A stretch of DNA of 63,730 bases, counting the filler, from Thermodesulfobacteriota bacterium (GTDB taxonomy: Bacteria; DASVDK01): the NCBI GenBank assembly GCA_036381125.1. It is 7 parts of 7 records of this genome, joined end to end, with 100 filler letters (N's around TTAATTAATTAA, not from the genome) between each part and the next. Parts side by side here need not be neighbours in the genome. Positions count along the whole stretch, not along the records: positions 1 to 26,883 come from DASVDK010000151.1; 6 more parts are not named here. One strand, given 5' to 3'. Positions 1 to 8,979 of this stretch are shown here, piece after piece (the stretch's first letter is position 1; every line of letters begins with the position of its first letter). The position numbers and the translations under genes were made by a program. The notes under the pieces are model-generated. The model was not told the DNA's origin. It searched no databases and worked only from the letters and a program-made list of their open reading frames with translations.

Positions 1-1006
1 CCGGCGCGAGGCGCCGCGCCTCGGCCTCCACGGCCGGCCCGAGGGTGACCGGCTCCCCGGGGGCCGGCGCCTCGCCCGCGTCGAGCCGCGCGAGGGCGAG
101 GAGGGCGGAGGTGAGCCGCGTGAGGCGCCCCACCTCCTCGAGGCCCGAGCGGAGCGCCGCCGCGTACGCCTCGGCCGTCCGGGGGCGCCGGAGCGTGACC
201 TCGATCTCGGTGCGCAGGCGCGACAGCGGCGAGCGGAGTTCGTGCGAGGCGTCCGCGGTGAACCGGCGCTGCGCCTCGACGCCCCGCTCGATGCGCGCCA
301 GCATCTCGTTGAGCGTCGTGACGAGCCGGCCGACCTCGTCCCGGGTGCCGGGATGGGGCAGGCGCGAGGCGAGGCTCGACTCGCCGATCTCGCGCGCCTT
401 GGCCACCACGTCGTCGATGGGCCGGAGCGCGCGGCGGGCGAGGAGGGCCCCGGAGGCCACGACGGCGACCAGGATCGCCGCGGCGGCCCCGGCGAAGAGG
501 AGGCGCGCCGTCCGGAGCGCGGCGAGGGAGGACGACAGCGGCGTCGCGACCTGGATCGCGTAGCGCAGGCGGCCCCGCGAGGCGACCGGGAGGGAGACCA
601 TCCGCAGCGGCTCGCCGGCCGGGCCGGCCGCCGTCTCGAAGACCGGCCGCCCCTCGGCGAGTCGTGCGAAGAGGGTGCGGCTCACCGGGAGCGCGCCGCC
701 GGACAGGCTCGCGCTCCGGTCGATCACGCGCCCGCCCGACGAGACGATCTGGGCGAGCGCGTCGGCCCGCATGGGCGGCGCCTGCTCGGCCGCGTGGGCG
801 CCGCGCAGGCGGGGCGCCTCGTCGTCGTCATCGTCGAGCGCCAGGGCCGCCTCGGCCTGGGCGGTGGCGAGCAGGCGCGCATCGACCTGGTCGCCGACCG
901 CGCGCACGAGGAGGCGATCGGCGACGAGCGCCGTCAGGATCAGGATCGCGGCCACGACGAAGCCGTGCCAGACGGCGAGGCGGGCCCTGAGCCCCGCGCG
1001 CCTCAC
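1..1006 (-). CDS. Sensor histidine kinase, CusS-like (3' end outside window)
   Basis: GTG overlaps the regulator stop; MRRAGLRARLAVWHG TM start, HAMP region, H-box RFTADASHELRSPL. Confidence 0.9.
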   Translation of the reverse strand, partial: MRRAGLRARLAVWHGFVVAAILILTALVADRLLVRAVGDQVDARLLATAQAEAALALDDDDDEAPRLRGAHAAEQAPPMRADALAQIVSSGGRVIDRSASLSGGALPVSRTLFARLAEGRPVFETAAGPAGEPLRMVSLPVASRGRLRYAIQVATPLSSSLAALRTARLLFAGAAAAILVAVVASGALLARRALRPIDDVVAKAREIGESSLASRLPHPGTRDEVGRLVTTLNEMLARIERGVEAQRRFTADASHELRSPLSRLRTEIEVTLRRPRTAEAYAAALRSGLEEVGRLTRLTSALLALARLDAGEAPAPGEPVTLGPAVEAEARRLAP

Positions 1007-1680
1007 TCGGGGTCGGCCGCGAGCCGGTAGCCGCGGCCCCTCACGGTCCGGATCAGGGGGAGCGCCGCGCCGCGGTCGACCTTCTTCCTGAGGTGGCTCA
1101 CGTGCACGTCGACGAGGTTGGTCAGGTTGTCCGTCTCGTCTTCCCAGACGTGCTCGACGAGCCGTGTCCGGCTGACGACCTTGCCGGCGTGCCGCATCAG
1201 GTACTCGAGGATCGCGTACTCCCGAGGGGTGAGGTCCACGCGCCGGCCGCCGCGCGTGACGAGATGGCTCGCCGGGTCGAGGCGCAGGTCGCCGACCGCG
1301 AGCACGGGGGCGCGCGGCCCCTCGCCGCGCCGCAGGAGGGCCCGGATCCGCGCCAGCAGCTCGCCGAAGGCGAACGGCTTGACGAGGTAGTCGTCGGCGC
1401 CGGCGTCGAGGCCGGCGATGCGATCGGCGACCGCGTCCTTCGCCGTGAGCATGAGGATCGGCGCCGTCGACCCCTCGGCGCGCAGGCGCCGGCAGACCTC
1501 GATGCCCGGCGTCCCCGGCAGCAGCCAGTCGAGGATGACGAGATCGTGCTCGGCCAGGGCCGCGCGCTCCTCCGCCTCGTCGCCCGTTGCCGCGACGTCC
1601 ACCACGAACCCCTCCTCCTCGAGGCCCCGCTCGAGGAGGAGGGCCGCCTTCGGATCGTCCTCGACGAGTAGGAGACGCAT
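1003..1680 (-). CDS. OmpR-family response regulator, CusR/CopR-like
   Basis: MRLLLVEDD, LDWLLPG, GADDYLVKPF, winged helix IRTVRGRGY. Confidence 0.95.
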   Translation of the reverse strand: MRLLLVEDDPKAALLLERGLEEEGFVVDVAATGDEAEERAALAEHDLVILDWLLPGTPGIEVCRRLRAEGSTAPILMLTAKDAVADRIAGLDAGADDYLVKPFAFGELLARIRALLRRGEGPRAPVLAVGDLRLDPASHLVTRGGRRVDLTPREYAILEYLMRHAGKVVSRTRLVEHVWEDETDNLTNLVDVHVSHLRKKVDRGAALPLIRTVRGRGYRLAADPE

Positions 1681-1769
1681 GGAGCCGTCACCTCGGCATG
1701 CAACCGGGGGGCCAAGGGGGCCCGCGCCGCAGGTTGCCGTTTCCGCTCGGGATCTCCGGGCGACGACGT

Positions 1770-1814
1770 GAAAGGGGTGGGGCGCCTGCGCCCCACGAGC
1801 GGCGCAGGTGCCCC
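1770..1814 (-). terminator. Probable intrinsic terminator
   Basis: 14-bp stem (1779-1792 with 1801-1814) followed by a short T run on the minus strand, just after the stop at 1822. Confidence 0.5.
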
Positions 1815-1821
1815 GGTCGGC

Positions 1822-2204
1822 TTACTCGGCGTGACCGGCGCCCTTCGCGGCCGCGTGGATCCCCTCCACGTAGCCGACGAACCCGAGTTCGGCGCTCACC
1901 CGCTCGCGGGCGGCCTGGACGCCGCTCCGGGACGCAGGCGTCTTCGTCGCGGCCGACCTCGCCATTGCCTCCTCGAAGCGATGCGTGATGCCGTGGCTTA
2001 CCGCGCCGGTAAGGAGCCCCCTGACCTCGCCGACGTCACCGGTCTCGAGGGCCCGCTCGGCCGGTCGGCGAGGGCCTTCGCCTCCGCGCCCTTGCCGCGG
2101 ACGGCGAGCGCCTGCTCGTAGGCGGCGACGAGTTCGGCCTCGGCCTCGGCCGGGGCGTAGGGGAGGACCAGGTTCACGTTCTTCGCGTCGAGCGCCTCGA
2201 CCAT
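1822..2204 (-). pseudogene. DUF6448-like protein, internally deleted and frameshifted
   Basis: ALDAKNVNLVLPY...AKALADR in one frame continues as AERALETGD...FVGYVEGIHAAAKGAGHAE* in another; the family's middle part and N-terminal HCD motif are absent. Confidence 0.65.
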
Positions 2205-2352
2205 CGTTCGTGTTGACCGCTCGGACCGGCGTGCCGGGCAGTCGAGCCCGGCAGGCCGCCCGATTGCGCCCTGACGGTACGGCAGGGGCGGCGCAGGGTC
2301 TGCGACCGGAGTCGCCCGGGCGGTCGCCCTCACGGCTGATCGTCGTCCACGG

Positions 2353-2802
2353 TCACCGCCCGAGCGTCGCCTTCAGGTAGCGGCCGACCAGGATGGCCGC
2401 GGGGTAGAGGACGGCCTCCTCCGTCTGCGCGTGCAGCACGAGCTTCCCGGCGAAGTCCGCGACGTCGGGTCTCCCCTCCTGTCGGGCCGCCTCGGCCAGC
2501 GCGTCGAGCGCCGCGACGATCCGGCCGTGCTCGGTGAGCATCCGCGGCAGCTCGGCCTCGAGGGCGTCCGTCAGCGGCAGGACGGCGGCCATGTCGGGCG
2601 TCGCCTCGCCGGTCGCGAGCCGCGCGAGCAGGCCGAGGGGCGGCGTGGCGATCTGCTCCTCGCGGACGAAGTGGGGATGGAGGACCTCGGCGACGGCCTT
2701 CGCGGCCTGGCCGATGCGGCCTCCCGCATTGATGGCATCGACGAGGCTCCTGTGGAGCGCCTCGTGCTCGAGGGCAAGCGGCTTCGGGGCTTCGAACGTC
2801 AT
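2353..2802 (-). CDS. Hemerythrin-domain protein
   Basis: EHEALH, HFVREE, EH, HAQTEEAVLYP motifs; GAGGAG SD. Confidence 0.85.
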   Translation of the reverse strand: MTFEAPKPLALEHEALHRSLVDAINAGGRIGQAAKAVAEVLHPHFVREEQIATPPLGLLARLATGEATPDMAAVLPLTDALEAELPRMLTEHGRIVAALDALAEAARQEGRPDVADFAGKLVLHAQTEEAVLYPAAILVGRYLKATLGR

Positions 2803-2883
2803 GGTCTGGTCTCCTCGACGAGCTTCGCCGGGCCGGGTGCCGGCCCGGCTTCGTGGCCATGCTAGAGCGTCCACCTCCCCGGT

Positions 2884-2899
2884 TCTGCGACCGGAGTCG
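2884..2899. promoter_or_regulatory. Candidate Crp/Fnr operator (second exact copy at 2299-2314)
   Basis: TCTGCGACCGGAGTCG occurs twice, upstream of consecutive genes; dyad GCGAC-N4-GTCG. Confidence 0.55.
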
Positions 2900-3060
2900 T
2901 GCACGGGCGAGGATGTTGCATGCGCGTGCTGCGACGGTGGGGGTGGGCGACCGCTCTTTCCAGGGGAAAGGGACGAGCAGGGCGCCCGGAGGCGGGTTGC
3001 GGGGACGCCGGGACGCGGCACGACGGCCGCGCCGGGTCAACCCGACGCAGTGAGGTCCAC

Positions 3061-3792
3061 ATGTCCCAGCCCGCGGAAAGGGTCGGCCGGGTGCTGTCGC
3101 CCGAAGTGCTGCGAGGCATCCCGTACTTCGCCGAAGTCGACGCCGCCGGCCGCGAGGCGCTTGCCAGGGCGGCCCGGCTCCAGGGCTACCGGGCGGGCGA
3201 GGTCGTCCTGCTCGAGGGGGCACCCTGCCGCGGGCTCTACGTGGTGGTCGAAGGGCGGGTGAAGGTCTACAAGGCGTCGGCCGACGGGAAGGAGCAGGTG
3301 CTGCGCATCCTCGGTCCGGGGCGGACCTTCAACGACGTCCCCGTCTTCGACGGCGGGCCGAACCCCGGGAGCGTGGCCGCCCTCGAGCGCACGACCGTCG
3401 CGCTCCTGCCGAAGGCGGAGGTCCTCGCGTTGCTCGATCGCGACCCGAAGGTGGCGAAGGCCGTGATCAGGGTCCTGGCCGCACGGCTGCGCGCCCTCAC
3501 GGTGGTCATCGAGGACCTCTCGTTGCGGAGCGTCGTGGCCCGCGTGGCCAGGCTCCTCCTCGACTGCACGCGCGGACAGCCGGCGCTCGTCGAGGGCCCG
3601 GAGGGGGCCTGCGCGCGCCTCACCCAGCAGCAGCTCGCGGCGATGACCGGTTCGGTCCGGGAAGTCGTGCAGCGAGCCCTCAAGACCCTCGAGCGCGACG
3701 GCGCCATCCGGCTCGAGCGGGCGCGCGTGATCGTGCTCGACCCGGACGCCCTCGCACGGTGGGCCGAGGCGGACGGCCGGGGGGGCCGGTGA
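3061..3792 (+). CDS. Crp/Fnr-family transcriptional regulator
   Basis: cNMP-binding fold (GRVKVYK..DGKEQVL) plus HTH (LTQQQLAAMTGSVREVVQRAL); no FNR Cys cluster. Confidence 0.93.
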   Translation: MSQPAERVGRVLSPEVLRGIPYFAEVDAAGREALARAARLQGYRAGEVVLLEGAPCRGLYVVVEGRVKVYKASADGKEQVLRILGPGRTFNDVPVFDGGPNPGSVAALERTTVALLPKAEVLALLDRDPKVAKAVIRVLAARLRALTVVIEDLSLRSVVARVARLLLDCTRGQPALVEGPEGACARLTQQQLAAMTGSVREVVQRALKTLERDGAIRLERARVIVLDPDALARWAEADGRGGR

Positions 3793-3868
3793 GCCGCCCG
3801 TCGGGAGGCGCGACCGCCGCGAGGGGGATTTGCCTCTCCTGCGCACGCTGTAGTAACGTCGCAGCGCG

Positions 3869-4330
3869 ATGCCTGCGCGACGCCTGTCCGTTCCGACGGT
3901 CGTGGTCGCCGTCCTCGCCGGCCTCGCCGTGGGGGTGGGCGCGTACACGTTCGTCTACGCGAAGGGTGCCTCCTACCTCACGAACGACCCCGAAGCCTGC
4001 GCCAACTGCCACATCATGAACGAGCAGTTCTCGGGCTGGGTCAAGTCGAGCCACCGGTCGGTCGCGGTCTGCAACGACTGCCACACCCCGTCGGGGCTCG
4101 TCGCGAAGTACGCCGTCAAGGCGGAGAACGGCTTCCGCCACGCGTTCGCCTTCACGACCGGCCGGTTCCACGAGCCGATCCGGATCACCCCTCGCAACCG
4201 GGCGGTCACGGAGTCCGCCTGCCGGAAGTGCCACGCCGACATCGTGGCCGCCATCGAGGGGCCGCCGGGCGTGGACGCGAAGCCGCTCGCCTGCATCCGC
4301 TGCCACCGATCCGTCGGACACCTGGAGTGA
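3869..4330 (+). CDS. nrfH: Cytochrome c nitrite reductase small subunit
   Basis: N-terminal TM, SYLTNDPEACANCHIM, four CXXCH, adjacent to nrfA. Confidence 0.95.
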   Translation: MPARRLSVPTVVVAVLAGLAVGVGAYTFVYAKGASYLTNDPEACANCHIMNEQFSGWVKSSHRSVAVCNDCHTPSGLVAKYAVKAENGFRHAFAFTTGRFHEPIRITPRNRAVTESACRKCHADIVAAIEGPPGVDAKPLACIRCHRSVGHLE

Positions 4331-4339
4331 GGGACGCTC

Positions 4340-5725
4340 ATGGCCGGAAACCGCGCCCGAAGGACCGCCCTGATCGCCGGCATCGTCGCCGTGACCGCCC
4401 TGGCGGCGGTCGGCGCCGTCGCCCTGCTCGTGAACGTCTTCGAGCGCAAGCAGGAGGCCCGCAACCCGTTCTACCGGGTCGTCGAGCTCACCGACGACAC
4501 CGTCGATCCGGCCGTCTGGGGGAAGAACTTCCCGCTCCAGTACGACGGCTACATCCGGACGGTGGACCAGGTCCGCACCCGCTACGGCGGCAGCGAGGCA
4601 GTGCCCCGCACCCCGACCGACGCCGACCCGCGCTCGATCGTGGCGCAGTCGCGACTCGAGGAGGATCCGCGGCTGAAGACGATGTGGGCCGGGTACGCCT
4701 TCTCGAGGGACTTTCGCGAGGAGCGCGGGCACGCGTACATGTTCCTCGACCAGATCTACACCGAGCGGCAGAAGGTCGCGCAGCAGCCCGGCACCTGCCT
4801 CAACTGCCACGCGTCGACCTACGCGGCCTACAAGGCGGCGGGGGGCGGCGACCTGGTCAAGGGCTTCGAGCTGGTCAACCGGATGCCGTACCAGGAGGCG
4901 CGCAAGCTGGTCGAGCACCCGGTCGCGTGCATCGACTGCCACGACCCGGGGACCATGCAGCTCCGGGTGACCCGTCCGGCCTTCATGGAGGGCATCCGCG
5001 CGGTCAAGGCGGCGCAGGGGGTCGAGGGCTACGACGTGAACCGCGACGCCTCGCGCCAGGAGATGCGGGCGTACGTCTGCGGCCAGTGTCACGTCGAGTA
5101 CTACTTCAGGGGCGACGAGAAGCGGCTCGTCTTCCCGTGGACCAAGGGGCTCAAGGTCGAGGAGATCCAGGCCTACTACGACGAGATCGGCTTCAAGGAC
5201 TGGGTGCACGCCGAGAGCGGAGCGCCGGTCCTCAAGGCGCAGCACCCCGAGTTCGAGATGTGGAGCCAGGGCATCCACGCGAGGTCCGGCGTGACCTGCG
5301 CCGACTGTCACATGCCCTACCAGCGCGTCGGCGCGCTCAAGATCAGCGACCACCACGTTCGCAGCCCGGTCCTCAACCTCAACAACGCCTGCCAGACCTG
5401 CCACAGGTGGTCGGAGGAGGAGCTGCGCCAGCGGGTCTTCACGATCCAGGACCGGACCTTCGCTATGCGCGGCCGCGCCATGGACGCGCTCGTCGCCCTG
5501 ATCGCCGACATCAAGGCCGCGAGAGAGGCCGGCGCCACCGACGCCGACCTCGCCGCGGCGCGCGACTTCCAGCGCAAGGCGCAGTTCCGGCTCGACTTCA
5601 TCGAGGCGGAGAACTCGATGGGCTTCCACGCGGACCAGGAGGCGGTCCGGATCCTCGGCGAGTCCATCGACTTCTCGCGCCAGGGCCAGGTCGCCGTCCG
5701 GGACGCGCGGCAGGCGCGGAAGTAG
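4340..5725 (+). CDS. nrfA: Ammonia-forming cytochrome c nitrite reductase
   Basis: WAGYAFS..RGH, five heme motifs, CGQCHVEYYF, KAQHPEFE. Confidence 0.96.
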   Translation: MAGNRARRTALIAGIVAVTALAAVGAVALLVNVFERKQEARNPFYRVVELTDDTVDPAVWGKNFPLQYDGYIRTVDQVRTRYGGSEAVPRTPTDADPRSIVAQSRLEEDPRLKTMWAGYAFSRDFREERGHAYMFLDQIYTERQKVAQQPGTCLNCHASTYAAYKAAGGGDLVKGFELVNRMPYQEARKLVEHPVACIDCHDPGTMQLRVTRPAFMEGIRAVKAAQGVEGYDVNRDASRQEMRAYVCGQCHVEYYFRGDEKRLVFPWTKGLKVEEIQAYYDEIGFKDWVHAESGAPVLKAQHPEFEMWSQGIHARSGVTCADCHMPYQRVGALKISDHHVRSPVLNLNNACQTCHRWSEEELRQRVFTIQDRTFAMRGRAMDALVALIADIKAAREAGATDADLAAARDFQRKAQFRLDFIEAENSMGFHADQEAVRILGESIDFSRQGQVAVRDARQARK

Positions 5726-5795
5726 CGGGCGGGTCCGGCGCGCCCCGCGCGCCGGGCTCGCATTGCCGGGCCGATCGGCGTATGCTCCCTGTTCC

Positions 5796-6425
5796 GTGAG
5801 CGCCGCGTCCGACCGCCCCCGCGCCGACTTCGGCAAGAACCGCCGCCTCAAGGCCATCGTCGGCGCGTACGCCGTCTGGTGGGTGCTCATGGCCGTCCGG
5901 CCGGTCTACCCGGCCGACTGGCTCCTCGAGAACCTGCTCGTCGTCCCGTTCGTGGCCGTCCTCGCCGGGACCTACCGCCGCTTCCCCCTCTCGGACCTGT
6001 CCTACGGCCTCGTGGCCCTCTTCCTCGCGCTCCACGCGGTCGGCGCGCACTACACCTACTCGGAGGTCCCCATCGGCGACTGGGCGCGCGAGGCCTTCGG
6101 GCTCTCGCGCAACCACTTCGACCGGGTGGTGCACCTGGCCTACGGGCTGCTCCTGGCCTACCCGGTGCGCGAGGTCCTCCAGCGCGCGGTGCGGGCGCGG
6201 GACGTCGTCGCCGATCTCCTGGCGCTCGGCGTGACGCTCGCCTCCAGCGCCCTCTACGAGCTGATCGAGTGGGGCGTGGCGGTCGTGGTCGACCCGGAAG
6301 CGGGCGCGGCCTACCTCGGCGCGCAGGGCGATCCGTGGGACGCGCAGAAGGACATGGCGCTCGCCGGGCTCGGCGCGGTCGTCGCGATGGTCGCGACGGC
6401 TGCCCGATGCGCGCGGCGACGGTGA
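5796..6425 (+). CDS. DUF2238/YjdF-like inner membrane protein
   Basis: WLLEN, GAHYTYSEVP, RNHFDRVVH, YELIEW, QGDPWDAQKDM. Confidence 0.88.
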   Translation: MSAASDRPRADFGKNRRLKAIVGAYAVWWVLMAVRPVYPADWLLENLLVVPFVAVLAGTYRRFPLSDLSYGLVALFLALHAVGAHYTYSEVPIGDWAREAFGLSRNHFDRVVHLAYGLLLAYPVREVLQRAVRARDVVADLLALGVTLASSALYELIEWGVAVVVDPEAGAAYLGAQGDPWDAQKDMALAGLGAVVAMVATAARCARRR

Positions 6426-6453
6426 GCGGCACGGACGGGGAGGGACCCTGGTC

Positions 6454-7953
6454 GTGCGCGTCCCGGCGATCGTGGAGGTCGGCCTCGCGGCGGCGCCGCT
6501 CCTGCTGGCGGTCCTCCTCCTGGTGTGGCGGCGGTCGCCCGGCTGGCGCGCCGGCGGCGCGGCCTGGGTCGTGGCGGCCGGTCTCGCGGCCCTCCCGGGG
6601 CCCTTCGCGCTCGCACCGGACCGGTTCCTCGCCGCCAACGTCCGCGGGCTCCTCCTCTCGCTCGTCGTCGTCTACGTCCTGGCGGCGGGCCTCCTCCTCT
6701 ACAACGTCCTCGAGCGCGCCGGCGCCATCCGCGCGCTCGCGGGCGCCGTGGCCGGAACGACCGCCGATCCGGCGCGCCGCGCGCTGCTCGTCGTGGGCGC
6801 GCTGTCGCCGTTCTTCGAGTCGGTGAGCGGCTTCGGCCTCGCGGTGGTGGTCGTGGGGCCGCTGCTCGTCGCGCTCGGCTTCGACGCGAAGCGGGCGACG
6901 CTCCTCGCCCTCCTCGGGCAGAACGCGGTCCCCTGGGGGGCGATGGCGATCGGCACCCTCATCGGCGCCGAGCTGGCAGGCGTGTCGGAGCGCGACATGG
7001 GGGTCGGCAGCGCGTGGCTCCACGCGCCGCTCGCGTTCCTCTACAACGGCCTCACGGTGGCCGCCGCGGCCGGCCGCGGCATGGTGCTCCGTCGGCTGCC
7101 GGACATCGTCGTCGGCGCGACGGCGCTCGCGGGCGGCGTCCTCGCCGGCTCCGCCTGGGTGAGCGTCGAGCTGGCCGGGGTGCTCGGCGGTCTGCTCGCG
7201 GCCGGCGCCCAGGTGGCGATGGCGTGGGCGATCGAGGGGCGCGGCCGGCCGGCGGCCGGCCGGCCGCCCGGACCTTCCGCCGCGCGCGCGGCCCTGCCCT
7301 ACGCGATCCTCGTCGCCGGGCTCCTCGTGAGTCGCCTCGTCCCGCCCGTTCGCGCCTGGCTCGACGGAACCCTCGTGCTCGACGCCGCCGCCCACGGCGT
7401 CCGGTTGCCGTTCCTCTACAGCCCCGCCTTCTTCCTCCTCGTCGCGTCGGCCGCGGCCGCGGCGCTCTTCCGCCTCGGGCGGCGCGCCGTGCTCGTGTCG
7501 CTCGCCGCGACGGCGCGCCAGTGCTGGCCCGCGGCGGCGGCGACGACGGCGTTCGTGACGCTCTCGACGGTGATGGTGGCGGCCGGGATGACGACGCGCC
7601 TCGCCGAGGCGGCGGCGGCCGCGGCCGGCGTCGCCTTCGCGCTCCTCTCGCCGCTCGTCGGCGGCCTCGGCGGCTTCATGACCGGCAGCAACACGGCCGG
7701 CAACGCGATGTTCGGACGCTTCCAGGTGGAGACCGCGCGGCGTGCCGGCCTCCCCCCGGATGTCCTCGCCTACGCCAACAACGTCGCCGCCGCCAACGCG
7801 ACCATGGCCTCCCCCTCGCGCGTCGTCCTCGCCGTCACCGTCACCGGCCGTGGGGGCGAGGAGGGGCGGGCGGTGCGGGCGATCCTGCCGGTCGTGGCCG
7901 CGGCGCTCGCGATCGTGGCCCTGCACGTCGCCCTCTGGAGCGCGGCGCGGTAG
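6454..7953 (+). CDS. L-lactate permease family protein
   Basis: Polytopic; FFESVSGFG, PWGAMAIG, GGFMTGSNTAGNAMFGRFQ. Confidence 0.85.
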   Translation: MRVPAIVEVGLAAAPLLLAVLLLVWRRSPGWRAGGAAWVVAAGLAALPGPFALAPDRFLAANVRGLLLSLVVVYVLAAGLLLYNVLERAGAIRALAGAVAGTTADPARRALLVVGALSPFFESVSGFGLAVVVVGPLLVALGFDAKRATLLALLGQNAVPWGAMAIGTLIGAELAGVSERDMGVGSAWLHAPLAFLYNGLTVAAAAGRGMVLRRLPDIVVGATALAGGVLAGSAWVSVELAGVLGGLLAAGAQVAMAWAIEGRGRPAAGRPPGPSAARAALPYAILVAGLLVSRLVPPVRAWLDGTLVLDAAAHGVRLPFLYSPAFFLLVASAAAAALFRLGRRAVLVSLAATARQCWPAAAATTAFVTLSTVMVAAGMTTRLAEAAAAAAGVAFALLSPLVGGLGGFMTGSNTAGNAMFGRFQVETARRAGLPPDVLAYANNVAAANATMASPSRVVLAVTVTGRGGEEGRAVRAILPVVAAALAIVALHVALWSAAR

Positions 7954-8866
7954 GCGCGCCGGGCGCGCGGTCCACGGCGGGGGGGAGGGGGCTCTCGCGC
8001 ACGAGGCGGACGAACGCGCGCGCCGCGATGGGCAACTCGCCCTCGGGGCGGGCGATCAGGACGATCGGGCTCACCGCCTCGTCGTCGTCGATCGTCACGA
8101 AGGCCGGGGCCGGGTCCACCGACACGCGGCTCCCCATGCGCGAGATGATGCTCACGCCCATCCCGAGGCCGACCAGGCGGCAGGCCGTGACGTAGTCCGC
8201 GCCCGTGCAGATGACCCTCGGCGCGAAGCCGTGGCGCGCGCAGAGCTCGACGATGCGTCGGTAGAACGGTTCGGACGGCTCGGCGATCATGATGAAGGGG
8301 TCGTCGCGGAAGGCGTCGAGCGGCGCGGTCCGGGCGCTTGCGCGCGGGTGATCGCGCGGGACGACCGCCACGAGCCGCTCGGCGCCGAGGACGGTCGTCT
8401 CGAGCGACGTCGGCGGGTGCGGGATGCGGATCAACGCGGCGTCGAGCTCGAACGCCTCGACGCTGCGGAGGAGCTGCGGGGTGCGCTGCTCGCGGATGAA
8501 GAGGTCGACGCCCGGGTGAGCGGCGCGGTACCGGTCGAGGAGGTCGGGGAGGAGGTGCCGCGCGAGCGCGCCCGACGCCCCCACGCGCAGCACCCCCCGC
8601 TCGAGCCCGAGCCGCGCGTGGATGTCCTGCTTCGCCTCGCGCGCCTGGGCGAGGATCTGCCTCGCCCTGGGCAGGAGCGCCTCGCCGAGGTCGGTGAGCC
8701 GCACGCGCCGGCTCGTCCGGTAGACGAGAGGCCCGCCGAGCTCCTCCTCGAGCCGCCGGATCTGCTGCGAGAAGGGCGGCTGGGCGATGGCGACCGACGC
8801 CGCGGCCCGGGTGAAGCTGAGGTGCTCGGCAAGCGCGACGAAGTAGCGGAGCTGGAAGAGTTCCAT
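7841..8866 (-). CDS. LysR-family regulator
   Basis: MELFQLRYFVALAEHLSFTRAA..IAQPPFSQQIRRLEEELG; divergent from the amidohydrolase operon. Confidence 0.95.
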   Translation of the reverse strand: MELFQLRYFVALAEHLSFTRAAASVAIAQPPFSQQIRRLEEELGGPLVYRTSRRVRLTDLGEALLPRARQILAQAREAKQDIHARLGLERGVLRVGASGALARHLLPDLLDRYRAAHPGVDLFIREQRTPQLLRSVEAFELDAALIRIPHPPTSLETTVLGAERLVAVVPRDHPRASARTAPLDAFRDDPFIMIAEPSEPFYRRIVELCARHGFAPRVICTGADYVTACRLVGLGMGVSIISRMGSRVSVDPAPAFVTIDDDEAVSPIVLIARPEGELPIAARAFVRLVRESPLPPAVDRAPGAPTAPRSRGRRAGPRSRAPRPRPAGSPAPPAPPRPHGR

Positions 8867-8979
8867 AGCCGAAGCATATCAATGGCAGACGGAACATATA
8901 TTGGAAATCCTGGTTCGGGGGAGGGACCGTCGTCCCGGTGGGGCGTGCCGCCCCGAACCCACACCAGGAGGTCCGAGCG

